A DNA stretch of 33,775 bases, taken from positions 1-33,775 of IMG/VR virus record IMGVR_UViG_3300045988_077922. The stretch is one strand, 5' to 3'. Positions 6,725 through 14,666 of this stretch are shown here, in pieces. The DNA is from a virus. Below the pieces are notes generated by a model that was given only the letters and a program-made list of their open reading frames with translations, ran no database searches and was not told the DNA's origin. The position numbers and the translations under genes were made by a program. Numbering within the stretch: position 1 is the first letter of the stretch; each line of letters begins with the position of its first letter.

Positions 6725-7699
6725 ATGATAGAGACAATTACGCTCGACACTCGCAAGTGCCACTCGCCAGCATGCAAGCAGCGCATACCACCGCTTCGGC
6801 GCGGAGAGCGGAACAACCTGCTGCTTACGGTTAAGATCTGCGAGGACAGGAAGCCCTACGACCTCACTGGCAAGACCGCGAGCCTGGTCGCGACCACGGC
6901 GGCGGGAGCCTCGGTGGGGCCGTATCGGCTCGAAATCGCAGACGAGGCGGCTGGCGTTGTCCGCATCCTCCTTCCCAGCTCCCTGTACTCGGCAATCGGG
7001 ACTTTTACGGGCTACGTCGAGATTCGCGAGGGCGAGTCGATGGTCGACACGACGGACTCCTTTGGCGGCCGCGTAATCGACTGCATCGTCCCATCATCTG
7101 GCGAGCAGGTCGGCGCGTACGCTAACCTGGGCGACTACCGCAGCGGCGAGCAGGCTTCTTGGACATATCCGACCCAGGAGGGCATGGCGTTCGCGGGCTG
7201 GTACAGGGACGCAGCGTTCGAGGAGCCGTGCGGGGTCGAGGACGTGGACGGCTTCGCGTACGCGAAGTTCGTCAAGGTGGCCGACCTGTTTCAGTCAATG
7301 GGCTGCTCTCTCAACATGAGCGGGAACGTCCCCGCAGAGTACACGACCCCGAGGTTCTCATACACCATGTCGATTCCAGAGGGTGTAGCGTTCATCGAGA
7401 ATGGCTGGTACTTCAAGAAGGTGACCGACCCAACGAAGCCAGACGTGCGAAGCCTGTCGGTCAACAACATCGTACAGGCGGGAAACAAAGTCTTTGCCTC
7501 GCTGACGTTCATCAAGGTGCCCGTCAGGCTCTACGAGAAGAAGTTCTCGACGAAGGCGTTCGTCAAGTACGCGACTGCCGACGGGACAACCGTAGAGGCG
7601 GTCGAGGCGGATTACGATGCCTTCCGCCGCGGCAATCAAGGCCGCGATTCAGAAGGAATAGTCGGCAAACGGCACCGAGACCATGAACAGGTGAGGTGA
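6725..7699 (+). CDS. BppU_N-like domain protein with a Listeria-Bacteroides (Flg_new-type) repeat; orphan fibre/adhesin-like protein
   Basis: The N-terminus ...LRRGERNNLLLTVKI.EDRKPYDLTGKTASL...GVVRILLPSSLYSAIGTFTGYVEI resembles the baseplate-upper-protein N-domain pattern. MAFAGWYRDAAFEEP resembles the F-x-GWY-x-D repeat. Confidence 0.5.
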   Translation: MIETITLDTRKCHSPACKQRIPPLRRGERNNLLLTVKICEDRKPYDLTGKTASLVATTAAGASVGPYRLEIADEAAGVVRILLPSSLYSAIGTFTGYVEIREGESMVDTTDSFGGRVIDCIVPSSGEQVGAYANLGDYRSGEQASWTYPTQEGMAFAGWYRDAAFEEPCGVEDVDGFAYAKFVKVADLFQSMGCSLNMSGNVPAEYTTPRFSYTMSIPEGVAFIENGWYFKKVTDPTKPDVRSLSVNNIVQAGNKVFASLTFIKVPVRLYEKKFSTKAFVKYATADGTTVEAVEADYDAFRRGNQGRDSEGIVGKRHRDHEQVR

Positions 7700-7703
7700 T
7701 TCT

Positions 7704-8081
7704 ATGGGAGCGTATAAGGCATGCCCACGATGCGGGAGGATTCACCCATACGGCCAGCCATGCCCGATGAAGAAGCCAACCTATCGTTACGAGAGGGAAG
7801 GAGCGGACAGGCTCAGGTTCACATCTAGGTGGAAGAGGAAGAGCCTTCAGGTCAGGGACGATGCGCACTGGATGTGTGAGGTGTGCAGGGACAAGGGGAA
7901 GGCAACGACCGAGGGGCTTGAAGTCCACCACATCGAGAAGCTACGCGATGACCCAGACGGGCTGATTGAAGACGATAACCTCGTGTGCCTGTGCAAGATG
8001 CATCATAGGATGGCTGACGATGGGGAGCTGACGAAGGATTACCTGCGAGGGCTTGCAGCCAAGAGGATTGAGGGCAATTAA
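7704..8081 (+). CDS. HNH endonuclease (terminase-associated type found in cos phages)
   Basis: CPRCGRIH...CEVC...LEVHHIEKL...NLVCLCKMHHRMADDG carries HNH and zinc-ligand motifs. Confidence 0.85.
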   Translation: MGAYKACPRCGRIHPYGQPCPMKKPTYRYEREGADRLRFTSRWKRKSLQVRDDAHWMCEVCRDKGKATTEGLEVHHIEKLRDDPDGLIEDDNLVCLCKMHHRMADDGELTKDYLRGLAAKRIEGN

Positions 8082-8342
8082 GGCGGTGGCATAGGGAAAC
8101 GCTTCAGATAACCTAGGGAAAACAACCCCGCCCTACCCGAAGGGCAGTTCTGGCGCGCTCCCCGCCATCAAAATGCCCTAGGGAAGACACTAAATTTCTA
8201 ATATGCTGGGCTTTTTTGGAAAACGGCGGTTTATGGAGTGAAAAACTCCAATTATCATTCAATACAGGCGATTATCGGGAAATCTATCGAGCGTTTTCCC
8301 CCATAGCGCCTTCTAACGTATCGAGAAAGGAGTTTTCAAGGC
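8082..8342. other. Non-coding region; candidate cos site / terminase recognition region and late promoter
   Basis: This is the largest non-coding stretch between + strand genes, located between the HNH gene and the packaging operon. Direct repeats cctagggaaaaca (8112-8124) and cctagggaagaca (8177-8189) flank a GC-rich core that contains GCCCTacccgaAGGGC and 2 x ccccgcc. A third TAGGGAAA lies at 8092 and a hairpin TGGAGTgaaaaACTCCA at 8234-8250. Confidence 0.4.
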
Positions 8343-8915
8343 ATGGAAAAGACAAAAGTGACCTACATGGACATTGATTCGCTGATCTCGTACGCGAACA
8401 ACCCGCGATTGAACGACAACGCGGTGGATGCGGTGGCCGCGAGCATCAAAGAGTTCGGTTTCAAGGTTCCCATCGTGGTTGACGGCGAGAACGTCATCAT
8501 CAACGGGCACACGCGCCTGAAGGCGGCGCACAAGCTTGGATTGAAGCAGGTTCCAGTCATCGTGGCGGACGATCTGACGCCCGAGCAGGTGAAGGCGTTC
8601 CGTCTGGCCGACAACAAGACGAATGAGTTCGCCGAATGGGACATGGACAAGCTGCAAATCGAGCTTGAGGGCATCGACGAAATCGACATGGGCGAGTTCG
8701 GGTTCGATGACGCGCTCGACATATCGGATGACATGGAGCCAATCGACGATGAAGAAATCGGCAACGCTATGGCTCAGGAACACAAGATGAAGCTAGACGG
8801 CTCGACAATCATCCTAACCGAAGATGAATACAACCTCATTCGTTCGAAGCTCGACCAGTATCTGGATGCGAACGGGGTCAGCTACGGGTTTGTGGGGTGG
8901 CTTATCAATGGTTAG
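8343..8915 (+). CDS. ParB N-terminal (ParB/Srx-fold) domain protein with an acidic tail
   Basis: YANNPRLNDNAVDAVAASIKEFGFKVPIVVDGENVIINGHTRLKAAHKLGLKQVPVIV...FRLADNK is the ParB-N domain of the type usually fused to phage DNA methylases. No MTase motifs follow it. Confidence 0.8.
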   Translation: MEKTKVTYMDIDSLISYANNPRLNDNAVDAVAASIKEFGFKVPIVVDGENVIINGHTRLKAAHKLGLKQVPVIVADDLTPEQVKAFRLADNKTNEFAEWDMDKLQIELEGIDEIDMGEFGFDDALDISDDMEPIDDEEIGNAMAQEHKMKLDGSTIILTEDEYNLIRSKLDQYLDANGVSYGFVGWLING

Positions 8916-9147
8916 CTATGTTGACATTGAAGCGATAAAGCCAGCTGCATACAACCCGCGCAAGATTACGAAGGAGCAGCAGCAGGAGCTTTGCAAGAGC
9001 ATACGCAGGTTCGGGCTAATCGTGCCGATTCTCGTCAACCGCAAGGACAACGTTATCATCGCGGGACACCAAAGGACGAAGGCCACGCGTCTCGTGGGGG
9101 ATTCAGACAGTCCCAGTGCAGTACGTCGAGAGCATCAACCTCGGTGA
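8908..9147 (+). CDS. Second ParB N-terminal domain, 5' fragment (frame broken at the G5 tract 9096-9100)
   Basis: The product MVSYVDIEAIKPAAYNPRKITKEQQQELCKSIRRFGLIVPILVNRKDNVIIAGHQRTKATRLVG then becomes nonsense. The expected continuation IQTVPVQYVE is in the +1 frame. Confidence 0.7.
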   Translation: MVSYVDIEAIKPAAYNPRKITKEQQQELCKSIRRFGLIVPILVNRKDNVIIAGHQRTKATRLVGDSDSPSAVRREHQPR

Positions 9148-10279
9148 CGGAATCAAGTTCAACCAGATTCACAACGCTACCGAGTCTGGAATCGTCAAGG
9201 TGAGGTTCGACGGGGACGCGGAGAAAGGGAAGTTCATCGAGCTTGACAACGAGGACTTCACGACCATCAAGAACACGGCAACCGTGGTGAAGGAGATTTG
9301 CGGCCTTACGCTGAAATATGGGAACGTGCTTTCGGCTGTCATCTGCAAGGGCGATGTGATTCTCGGCGGCGATTACGTCAAGGCATGCAAGGTTCTCGGC
9401 CTGAAGGTCAACGCCTATGTCTGCGACGATTCGATGCATGACGATCTGCTCCATTATTTCGGCGAGGACTACGGCGAGTATTCCTACGACCACATCAAGC
9501 GCGATACTTACGTTCAGGGCCTTGCACAGCTCTACAGGAGCGTGAGCCGCGACGATGGAAAGCGCGCACAGCATTCGACGCTGTACGTGCGACACGTGAT
9601 TCCGTATCTCAAAGAGCACTCTTCGGCGAGCACGGTTCTCGATTTCGGATGCGGAAAGGGAGACTACATCAGGCATCTGAAGAAAATGGGGTATGAAGCG
9701 CTGGGAGTTGAGTTCTTCAACAACAACGGCAAGGCAATAGACGTGTCGAAGGGCAACCGCATGATTGACGCCCTAGTGAAGCACCTGCAAGAGCGCAGGC
9801 AATTCGACGTGGTAGTATGCGACAGCGTGCTGAACAGCGTTGACTCCATGAAGGCCGAGCGGAGTGTAATCGACTTCCTGAACCTCATGGCAAGCGACAG
9901 GCTTTTCATCAGCGTCAGGCCGCTGGATTACGTGACGCGAATGATGAAGTGCAAGAAGGACGCTGCGAACGCATGGCGTGCGGTCGAGTTCTTGGACGCT
10001 GACAACTTCAGCGCTAACTACCGAAGCGGGAAATGGTACTTCCAGCACTACCACAGCAAGGAGCAGATAAAGAAGTCGCTCGAAGAGAGCGGATTCGAAA
10101 TCGTCAAGCTCGACTGGGAGAAGTGGGGCAGCAGTTGGCAGTGCGAAGCGGTGAAGGTCAGGGAGCTGCCGTTGCAGCGTTACATCGACGCCATCGACTT
10201 CGAGTTCGACCTCCCGCTTCCGAACGGCAGAAGCTACAAGCGAAATGGAGACGTGAAAAAGGCGCTGAACCTCGAGTGA
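9116..10279 (+). CDS. Class-I SAM-dependent methyltransferase with a degenerate ParB-like segment; 3' part of the frameshifted ParB-MTase gene (homology continues upstream to 9101)
   Basis: Motif I is VLDFGCGKGDY, with acidic GVE and FDVVVCDSVLNSV following. The tail ...SKEQIKKSLEESGFEIV is typical of class-I MTases. No DPPY, NPPY, SPPY or C5-MTase motifs were seen. Confidence 0.75.
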   Translation: MQYVESINLGDGIKFNQIHNATESGIVKVRFDGDAEKGKFIELDNEDFTTIKNTATVVKEICGLTLKYGNVLSAVICKGDVILGGDYVKACKVLGLKVNAYVCDDSMHDDLLHYFGEDYGEYSYDHIKRDTYVQGLAQLYRSVSRDDGKRAQHSTLYVRHVIPYLKEHSSASTVLDFGCGKGDYIRHLKKMGYEALGVEFFNNNGKAIDVSKGNRMIDALVKHLQERRQFDVVVCDSVLNSVDSMKAERSVIDFLNLMASDRLFISVRPLDYVTRMMKCKKDAANAWRAVEFLDADNFSANYRSGKWYFQHYHSKEQIKKSLEESGFEIVKLDWEKWGSSWQCEAVKVRELPLQRYIDAIDFEFDLPLPNGRSYKRNGDVKKALNLE

Positions 10280-10333
10280 TATAGGGGTATACTTGTACAA
10301 GCGAGGTCTTACAGGAGAAAGGAGAGCGATTCT

Positions 10334-10768
10334 ATGATTATCAAGTCTATAGAGGTCGAGGGAACGTTCAAATACCTATGGCTGAAGTCGGTGAGGGATG
10401 TCGATTTGTCGCGCCATTGCGCCAGATGCCTTGTAGGTGACTATGACGGCAGAATCAACAACAGGCTGAGGGAAGCGCACGACATAGAGCTTGGCGAAGA
10501 CGTGTACTACCTCTGCGGAGTCTCGCAACCCTACAGGTGTGAGAACAACTTCCATCTGGCGTTCAGGCGCAAGGAAGGGAGCACAATCGATTACTCTTCG
10601 AATGGCGTGACGGTGAGAATCGAGGGAGCAGAGCGCCTTCCAATTGACGCGAAATACAACAACCCAGCGGACAGGCACTACAGGACTAAATCCTATTGCA
10701 CGTGCAGGAACTGGCAGTTCGCTAACTACTCCGAGACGCATATGAAGAGAGGTGCCGAGAATGGCTAA
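10334..10768 (+). CDS. Hypothetical protein (unknown; C-terminal CxC...xH motif)
   Basis: A 144-aa ORF preceded by RBS aggagaaaggag. YCTCRNWQFANYSETH is loosely SWIM-like but lacks one Cys. Confidence 0.55.
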   Translation: MIIKSIEVEGTFKYLWLKSVRDVDLSRHCARCLVGDYDGRINNRLREAHDIELGEDVYYLCGVSQPYRCENNFHLAFRRKEGSTIDYSSNGVTVRIEGAERLPIDAKYNNPADRHYRTKSYCTCRNWQFANYSETHMKRGAENG

Positions 10769-11132
10769 GCAATCGCTAAACGAGCAAGCGCGCGAGATTC
10801 TCAGGATTGCGGAGGAGACTGGCGTACAGACAAACTTCTTCTTCGTGACAACGTTCAAGCGTTATCAGGTACAGCTCAACAACCTCACAGAGCTTGAGTC
10901 GGCGATTCGCGAGACGGGAACGCTCGTTACGAAGGAGTATGTCAAGGGTCGCGCGAACATCTACGTGAACCCAGCCGTGACCGAGTATAACAAGACCACG
11001 GACAGCGCCAACAGAACGGTGACCACGCTCATGAAAATCATCAAGGGATTCGCCAAGGAGGACGAGGAGCGCGACTCTGGATATGACCCTCTCATGGCGA
11101 TAATCAACGGTGACAGCGATGGCGAGGAATAG
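10761..11132 (+). CDS. Terminase small subunit (P27-family-like)
   Basis: Located immediately upstream of TerL. The pattern MAKQSLNEQAREILRIAEETG...YQVQLNNLTELESAIRETG...YVNPAVTEYNKTTDSANRTVTTLMKI fits the family. Confidence 0.7.
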   Translation: MAKQSLNEQAREILRIAEETGVQTNFFFVTTFKRYQVQLNNLTELESAIRETGTLVTKEYVKGRANIYVNPAVTEYNKTTDSANRTVTTLMKIIKGFAKEDEERDSGYDPLMAIINGDSDGEE

Positions 11133-12804
11133 GGGCTACGAGTACTGTGAGCGTGCGATAGACGCGGAAACCACCCCGAAGTACGCCAAGAAGCAGATGC
11201 GCCTATGGATGGACGTTTGCGAGGGAAAGAGCGACAAGTATTTCGTCAGCGCCGAGAAGATTCACCAGATGGAGTCAATCCTCAAACTGCTTATCATGCC
11301 GAAGGGCCTGAAGGCTGGGCAGACGCTATACGAATGCACGACTGGCTACCAATGGCTGCTCTACATCGCCGTTCTGTGCACCGTCTACCGTGACAATCCT
11401 GAGAAGCGGCGCTACGAAATCGGGCTGCTGGAAATCGCCCGCAAGAACTTCAAGACGTACACGGTAGCGACCATCTTTATCATTCTCATGCTGACCGAGC
11501 CGCGATTCTCGGAGTTCTTCTCGGTCGCACCAGACGGGTCGCTATCAAGGCAGATACGCGAAGCAATCTCGCAGACCCTGCGCTCGTCCCCGCTGGTCTA
11601 CGAGTACAAGGGCAACAAACGCTTCAAGATTCTGCGCGACTGCATCACGTTCAGACCGAAGAGTTCGGCATACGTCCCCCTGAGCTATTCAACGTCTCGA
11701 ATGGATGGCCGACTTCCAAGCGCCTTCTGCGCGGACGAGGTCGGTGCGCTTCCTACAAGCTACGCGGTAGAAGCGATGAAGTCTGGACAGCTCAACATCC
11801 TAAACAAGCTCGGCTTCATCATCAGCACCAAGTACCCGACAATCGACAACCCTTTCGAGGACGAGGTTTCGTATGCGAAGAAGGTGCTCGACGGCATCGT
11901 TGAAGACGATACGGTTTTCGCGCTGCTTTACGAGCCAGACGAAACCAAGGATTGGATGACCGACGATTTGGCCATGCGCCAGGCAAATCCCGTCAGCTTG
12001 GAGATTCCCGAGATCTGGGAGGACTTGAGGAAGAAACGAGCCTACGCAATAGCGGTCGAATCGGCACGCGAGAACTTCCTAACCAAGCACTGCAACATCA
12101 TCTATCAGGGTCAGGGCACGGAGACGTTCATCGACACTGCGGACGTGCAGGCATGCAAGGTGGCAGACATCGACTGGAAGGGCCGCGTCGTGTATCTGGG
12201 GCTAGACCTTTCGGAGACGAACGACAACACGGCGGTTGCGATGGTAGCGGCAGACGATGACGGAAACATCCTCGCCGATGTTTTCGCATTCGTTCCTGAG
12301 GGACGCATCCCCGAGAAGAACGCCTATGAGAAAATCGACTACAACGAGTTCGTCAGAGCTGGAAAGTGCATCGCCTGCGGGGACAGGGTTATCGACTACA
12401 AGGTTGTCGAGGACTTCATTCTCGGCATCGAATCGAAGTACGGCGTGCAGGTGCAGGCAATCGGTTACGACCGATGGAACGCGCTCAGCACCGCGCAGAA
12501 GCTGGAAGGCGCGGGATACAACACGGTCGAAATCAGGCAGCATTCCAGCGTGCTCCATCCGCCGACAAAGCTGCTCAAGGAGAAGATCATTTGCGGCGAG
12601 TTCGAATACATCGACAACAAGCTGCTCGAAATCAACTTCCAGAACGCGCGTTGCAGCTACGACACCAACAAAAACATGTACGTGCACAAAAAGAAGTCGA
12701 AGGGCAAGGTCGATATGGTGGTTTCGCTTATCAACGCCGTATACTTGCTCCAGCAGGACGTTGTGTTCAATCAAATGCCTGACTTCACGGTTCAGGTTAT
12801 CTAA
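11110..12804 (+). CDS. Terminase large subunit (Terminase_1 / HK97-like); alternative ATG start at 11119
   Basis: The product is 564 aa with a P-loop region LEIARKNFKT, a Walker-B-like FCADEVGA, and a C-terminal nuclease region with VYLGLDLS...D motifs. Confidence 0.85.
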   Translation: MTAMARNRGYEYCERAIDAETTPKYAKKQMRLWMDVCEGKSDKYFVSAEKIHQMESILKLLIMPKGLKAGQTLYECTTGYQWLLYIAVLCTVYRDNPEKRRYEIGLLEIARKNFKTYTVATIFIILMLTEPRFSEFFSVAPDGSLSRQIREAISQTLRSSPLVYEYKGNKRFKILRDCITFRPKSSAYVPLSYSTSRMDGRLPSAFCADEVGALPTSYAVEAMKSGQLNILNKLGFIISTKYPTIDNPFEDEVSYAKKVLDGIVEDDTVFALLYEPDETKDWMTDDLAMRQANPVSLEIPEIWEDLRKKRAYAIAVESARENFLTKHCNIIYQGQGTETFIDTADVQACKVADIDWKGRVVYLGLDLSETNDNTAVAMVAADDDGNILADVFAFVPEGRIPEKNAYEKIDYNEFVRAGKCIACGDRVIDYKVVEDFILGIESKYGVQVQAIGYDRWNALSTAQKLEGAGYNTVEIRQHSSVLHPPTKLLKEKIICGEFEYIDNKLLEINFQNARCSYDTNKNMYVHKKKSKGKVDMVVSLINAVYLLQQDVVFNQMPDFTVQVI

Positions 12805-12816
12805 AGGGGTGATTCT

Positions 12817-14049
12817 ATGGGATGGTTCAGCGATATGTGGGAGCGCAAGCGCTCCGCCGAGAACGTCATCGGCAACGACGGCACGGTGAACGACGTGCTT
12901 CTGAGGGCATTGCTTTCAAACGAGCCAATCGACCGCGACAAGGCGATGATGCTCCCCGCAGTATCTGGCGCGGTTGACTTCATTACGAGCGCCGTGGCCT
13001 GTATGCCAGTGCGCTTGTACCGCACCAAAAAGGGCGTTGTCGAAGAGGTGGAAAACGACCCGCGAACGAAGATGCTCAACGGAGACACGGGGGACACGCT
13101 AGACGGTTTCCAGATGAAAAAGGCGATGGTCGAGGATTACCTCATGGGCAAGGGCGGCTATTGCTACATCGAGCGCAGCCGAAACGACGTGACGGGCCTT
13201 TATTACGTGAAGTGCGACGCTGTTAGCATCAGCATCAACAGCGACCCAATCCACAAGTCTTACGACATCATCGTCGGTGACGGGCTCTACAAGCCTTTCG
13301 AGTTCGTCAAGGTTCTGCGCAACACGAAGGACGGCGCTTCAGGGGTTGGCCTTACGGTAGAGGTCGCGAAGGCTTTGGAGACGGGATACCAAACGCTCAT
13401 GTATCAGCTGGGGTTGGTGAAGGCGGGCGGAAACAAGCGCGGGTTCCTGAAGAGCCAACGCAAGCTTGGGCAGGAGGAAATCGACGCGCTCAAGAGCGCA
13501 TGGTCGAACCTTTACGGCAACTCCGAAGAGAACGTGGTCGTGCTCAACAACGGCCTGGAGTTCCAAGAAGCGAGCAGCACGTCAACGGAAATGCAGCTCG
13601 ACGAGAACAAGCGGACGATGGCGGACGAGATTAACGGCATCTTCCACATCAAGGAGAATTTCGAGGAAACGTACAAGTTCGCAATCTACCCAATCGTGCG
13701 GGCGTTCGAGACGGCGCTCAATCGCGACCTTCTTCTTGAGCGCGAGAAGCGCAATCACTTCTTCGCATTCGACAGCCGCGAGATTATCAAGGCGAGCTTG
13801 AAGGAGAGATACGAGACGTACCAGCTTGCAAAAGAATGTGGCATAATGACAATCAACGAAATGCGCCGCAACGAGAACATGAACGAGGTTCAGGGGCTTG
13901 ACATCATCGACCTCGGCCTTGGCTCGGTTCTCTTCGACACCACAAATGGAGAGACGTACACCCCGAACACGGACTCTACGAAGGCGGCTGGCGTTTCGAA
14001 TCCTGGCGGCGCACTACAAGCGCAAGGGGGTGAAGCAAATGCAGATTAA
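12817..14049 (+). CDS. Portal protein (HK97 family)
   Basis: The product is 410 aa and sits after TerL. It shows the typical pattern ...LPAVSGAVDFITSAVACMPVRLY...GGYCYIE... Confidence 0.85.
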   Translation: MGWFSDMWERKRSAENVIGNDGTVNDVLLRALLSNEPIDRDKAMMLPAVSGAVDFITSAVACMPVRLYRTKKGVVEEVENDPRTKMLNGDTGDTLDGFQMKKAMVEDYLMGKGGYCYIERSRNDVTGLYYVKCDAVSISINSDPIHKSYDIIVGDGLYKPFEFVKVLRNTKDGASGVGLTVEVAKALETGYQTLMYQLGLVKAGGNKRGFLKSQRKLGQEEIDALKSAWSNLYGNSEENVVVLNNGLEFQEASSTSTEMQLDENKRTMADEINGIFHIKENFEETYKFAIYPIVRAFETALNRDLLLEREKRNHFFAFDSREIIKASLKERYETYQLAKECGIMTINEMRRNENMNEVQGLDIIDLGLGSVLFDTTNGETYTPNTDSTKAAGVSNPGGALQAQGGEANAD

Positions 14050-14665
14050 CATTCGTGAGGACTCGGTAGAGCTTGAGGGCTACGTCAACGCCGTGGAGCG
14101 CAACAGCAAGCCGATGCTTTCTCGTATGGGCAGGTTCATCGAGCGAATCAAGGCGGGCGCTTTCACGCGCGCCCTGAAGCGAAACGACGATGTTCACGTC
14201 CTGCTCAACCACGACTGGCAGCGCGACCTCGGCAGCACCAAGAAGGGCAACCTCGAACTGACCGAGGACAACATCGGGCTTCGCGCAAAATGCACCATTT
14301 CCGACAGCGAAGTCATGGAGATGGCGAAGCGCGGCGATCTGGTGGGCTGGTCTTTCGGTTTCTACGACCGAGACGTGAAGAACGGAGTCGAGAACGGCAT
14401 GCTCACCCGCGAGGTGAACGACCTCGACCTCAAAGAGGTTTCCATTCTCGACCGTTCTAAGGTGCCAGCCTACGACGGCACGCTCATCATGGCCCGCAGC
14501 GAGGATTCCGAGAACGATATGTTCCTGTCGGAATCATTCGACGCGGACGGCGAACCGCCCGAGACGCGGGATGCCGAACCGCAGCAGAAAACGCAGCAAG
14601 AACCGCAGCAGGAAATCAATTACGACGAGTACAAGGCAATGATTGCCGAGATGAAGGAGGGCTAA
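14039..14665 (+). CDS. Prohead maturation protease (HK97 / S78 family)
   Basis: MQINIREDSVELEGYVNAVERNSKPM...FIERIKAGAFTRAL...VHVLLNHD...GWSFGF is followed by an acidic C-terminal tail. Confidence 0.85.
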   Translation: MQINIREDSVELEGYVNAVERNSKPMLSRMGRFIERIKAGAFTRALKRNDDVHVLLNHDWQRDLGSTKKGNLELTEDNIGLRAKCTISDSEVMEMAKRGDLVGWSFGFYDRDVKNGVENGMLTREVNDLDLKEVSILDRSKVPAYDGTLIMARSEDSENDMFLSESFDADGEPPETRDAEPQQKTQQEPQQEINYDEYKAMIAEMKEG

Positions 14666-14666
14666 C

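Noticed and set aside
7617-7661. A short alternative-frame ORF (MPSAAAIKAAIQKE*) near the odd-looking C-terminus of ORF 6725..7699, hinting at a frameshift.
   Set aside because: That frame is open for only ~20 codons upstream and has no supporting motif. The evidence is insufficient, so only the atypical tail is noted under the main finding.
7695-7709. An identical 15-nt string ggtgattctatggga lies at the starts of the HNH gene (7695-7709) and the portal gene (12808-12822), with a related gattctatg at 10326.
   Set aside because: It comprises the SD, spacer, ATG and first Gly codon. It is probably convergent or shared translation-initiation context, and is too short to argue for recombination or regulation.
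8082-8342. A possible tRNA or small RNA gene in the 260-bp non-coding region.
   Set aside because: I could not fold a cloverleaf, and no conserved T-loop (GTTCRANNC) or D-loop features are present. The repeats fit a protein-binding site better.
12257-12889. Same-strand alternative-frame ORFs: 12257..12889, 20159..21004, 7159..7686, 4782..5357, 24290..24820, 5565..5873 and 13466..13801.
   Set aside because: They have Arg/Ser/Gly-rich, low-complexity translations and are nested in genes whose primary frame has recognisable domains. No independent start signals are present.
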